A stretch of DNA of 32,000 bases, from assembly GCF_900232105.1 (NCBI RefSeq), contig NZ_LT934425.1, positions 1,980,001-2,012,000 on the forward strand, given 5' to 3'. Each line of letters begins with the position of its first letter. The first letter of the stretch is position 1. Made by a program: the position numbers and the translations under genes. The notes beneath the pieces are model-generated. The model did no database searches. It had not been told where the DNA came from and saw only the letters and a list, made by a program, of their open reading frames with translations. This document shows positions 31,921 to 32,000 of the stretch, in pieces. The stretch comes from Candidatus Kuenenia stuttgartensis (GTDB lineage Bacteria > Planctomycetota > Brocadiia > Brocadiales > Brocadiaceae).

Positions 31921-32000
31921 ACGAAGCGGAAACCAGAGCGGAACTGATTGACCCGAAGCTCAAAGAAAGCGGCCGGGGCGTGGTGGACGGGTCAAAAATA
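31917..32000 (+). CDS. hsdR: Type I restriction enzyme, R subunit (5' end only; runs off the window)
   Basis: MNEAETRAELIDPKLKESGRGVVDGSKI is the characteristic HsdR N-terminal (HSDR_N) opening. Confidence 0.85.
   Translation, partial: MNEAETRAELIDPKLKESGRGVVDGSKI

Noticed and set aside
1-32000. tRNA, rRNA and other structured RNA genes
   Set aside because: I found no cloverleaf-compatible sequence (no GTTCGAATC-type T-arm with a matching acceptor stem) and no rRNA-like conserved block in the intergenic regions. A tRNAscan/Infernal run would be needed to be certain.

Overview
AT-leaning bacterial chromosomal segment, about 40% GC by eye. The intergenic DNA holds many short GC hairpins and AT-rich dispersed repeats; that style suggests a Planctomycetota/anammox-like environmental genome, but this is an unverified hunch. 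1-9.7 kb carries envelope and export genes: a secreted single-HKD PLD/Nuc-like protein, a BatA_N+VWA membrane protein, a BNR/Asp-box propeller protein with an Ig-like C-terminus, an orphan MacB/FtsX-type permease and an MsbA-type ABC exporter. 9.7-13.7 kb is a small accessory islet made mostly of decay products: a MITE-like element, a nucleotidyltransferase fragment, a frameshifted toxin-like gene next to an intact DUF2283 gene, a GC-rich SAM methyltransferase, an AT-rich hypothetical, an intact ParE/RelE toxin with its antitoxin, and an integrase N-terminal remnant. 13.7-25.5 kb is housekeeping and envelope: hisS, aspS, two TPR proteins, a zinc-ribbon membrane protein, a TPR-TlpA-like thioredoxin-fold protein with AxxC instead of CxxC, an active/inactive M16 peptidase pair, an adenosine-specific-kinase-family protein and an EamA transporter. 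25.5-32 kb is the most interesting part. It is a type I restriction-modification operon (hsdM, hsdS, 5' end of hsdR) with three extra genes wired into its translation units: a RelA/SpoT-domain (toxSAS/CapRel-like) gene between hsdM and hsdS, and a class II Fic gene plus an AlbA_2 (Schlafen-like)/HATPase-like/wHTH gene between hsdS and hsdR. Start/stop overlaps, a sharp AT-rich block and a duplicated hsdR start sequence record how the cargo was inserted. I propose it is a composite restriction-plus-guard defence locus analogous to prrC in EcoprrI, but with different effectors. No rRNA, tRNA or CRISPR array was seen. All calls rest on reading the sequence and remembered family motifs; no database search was run.
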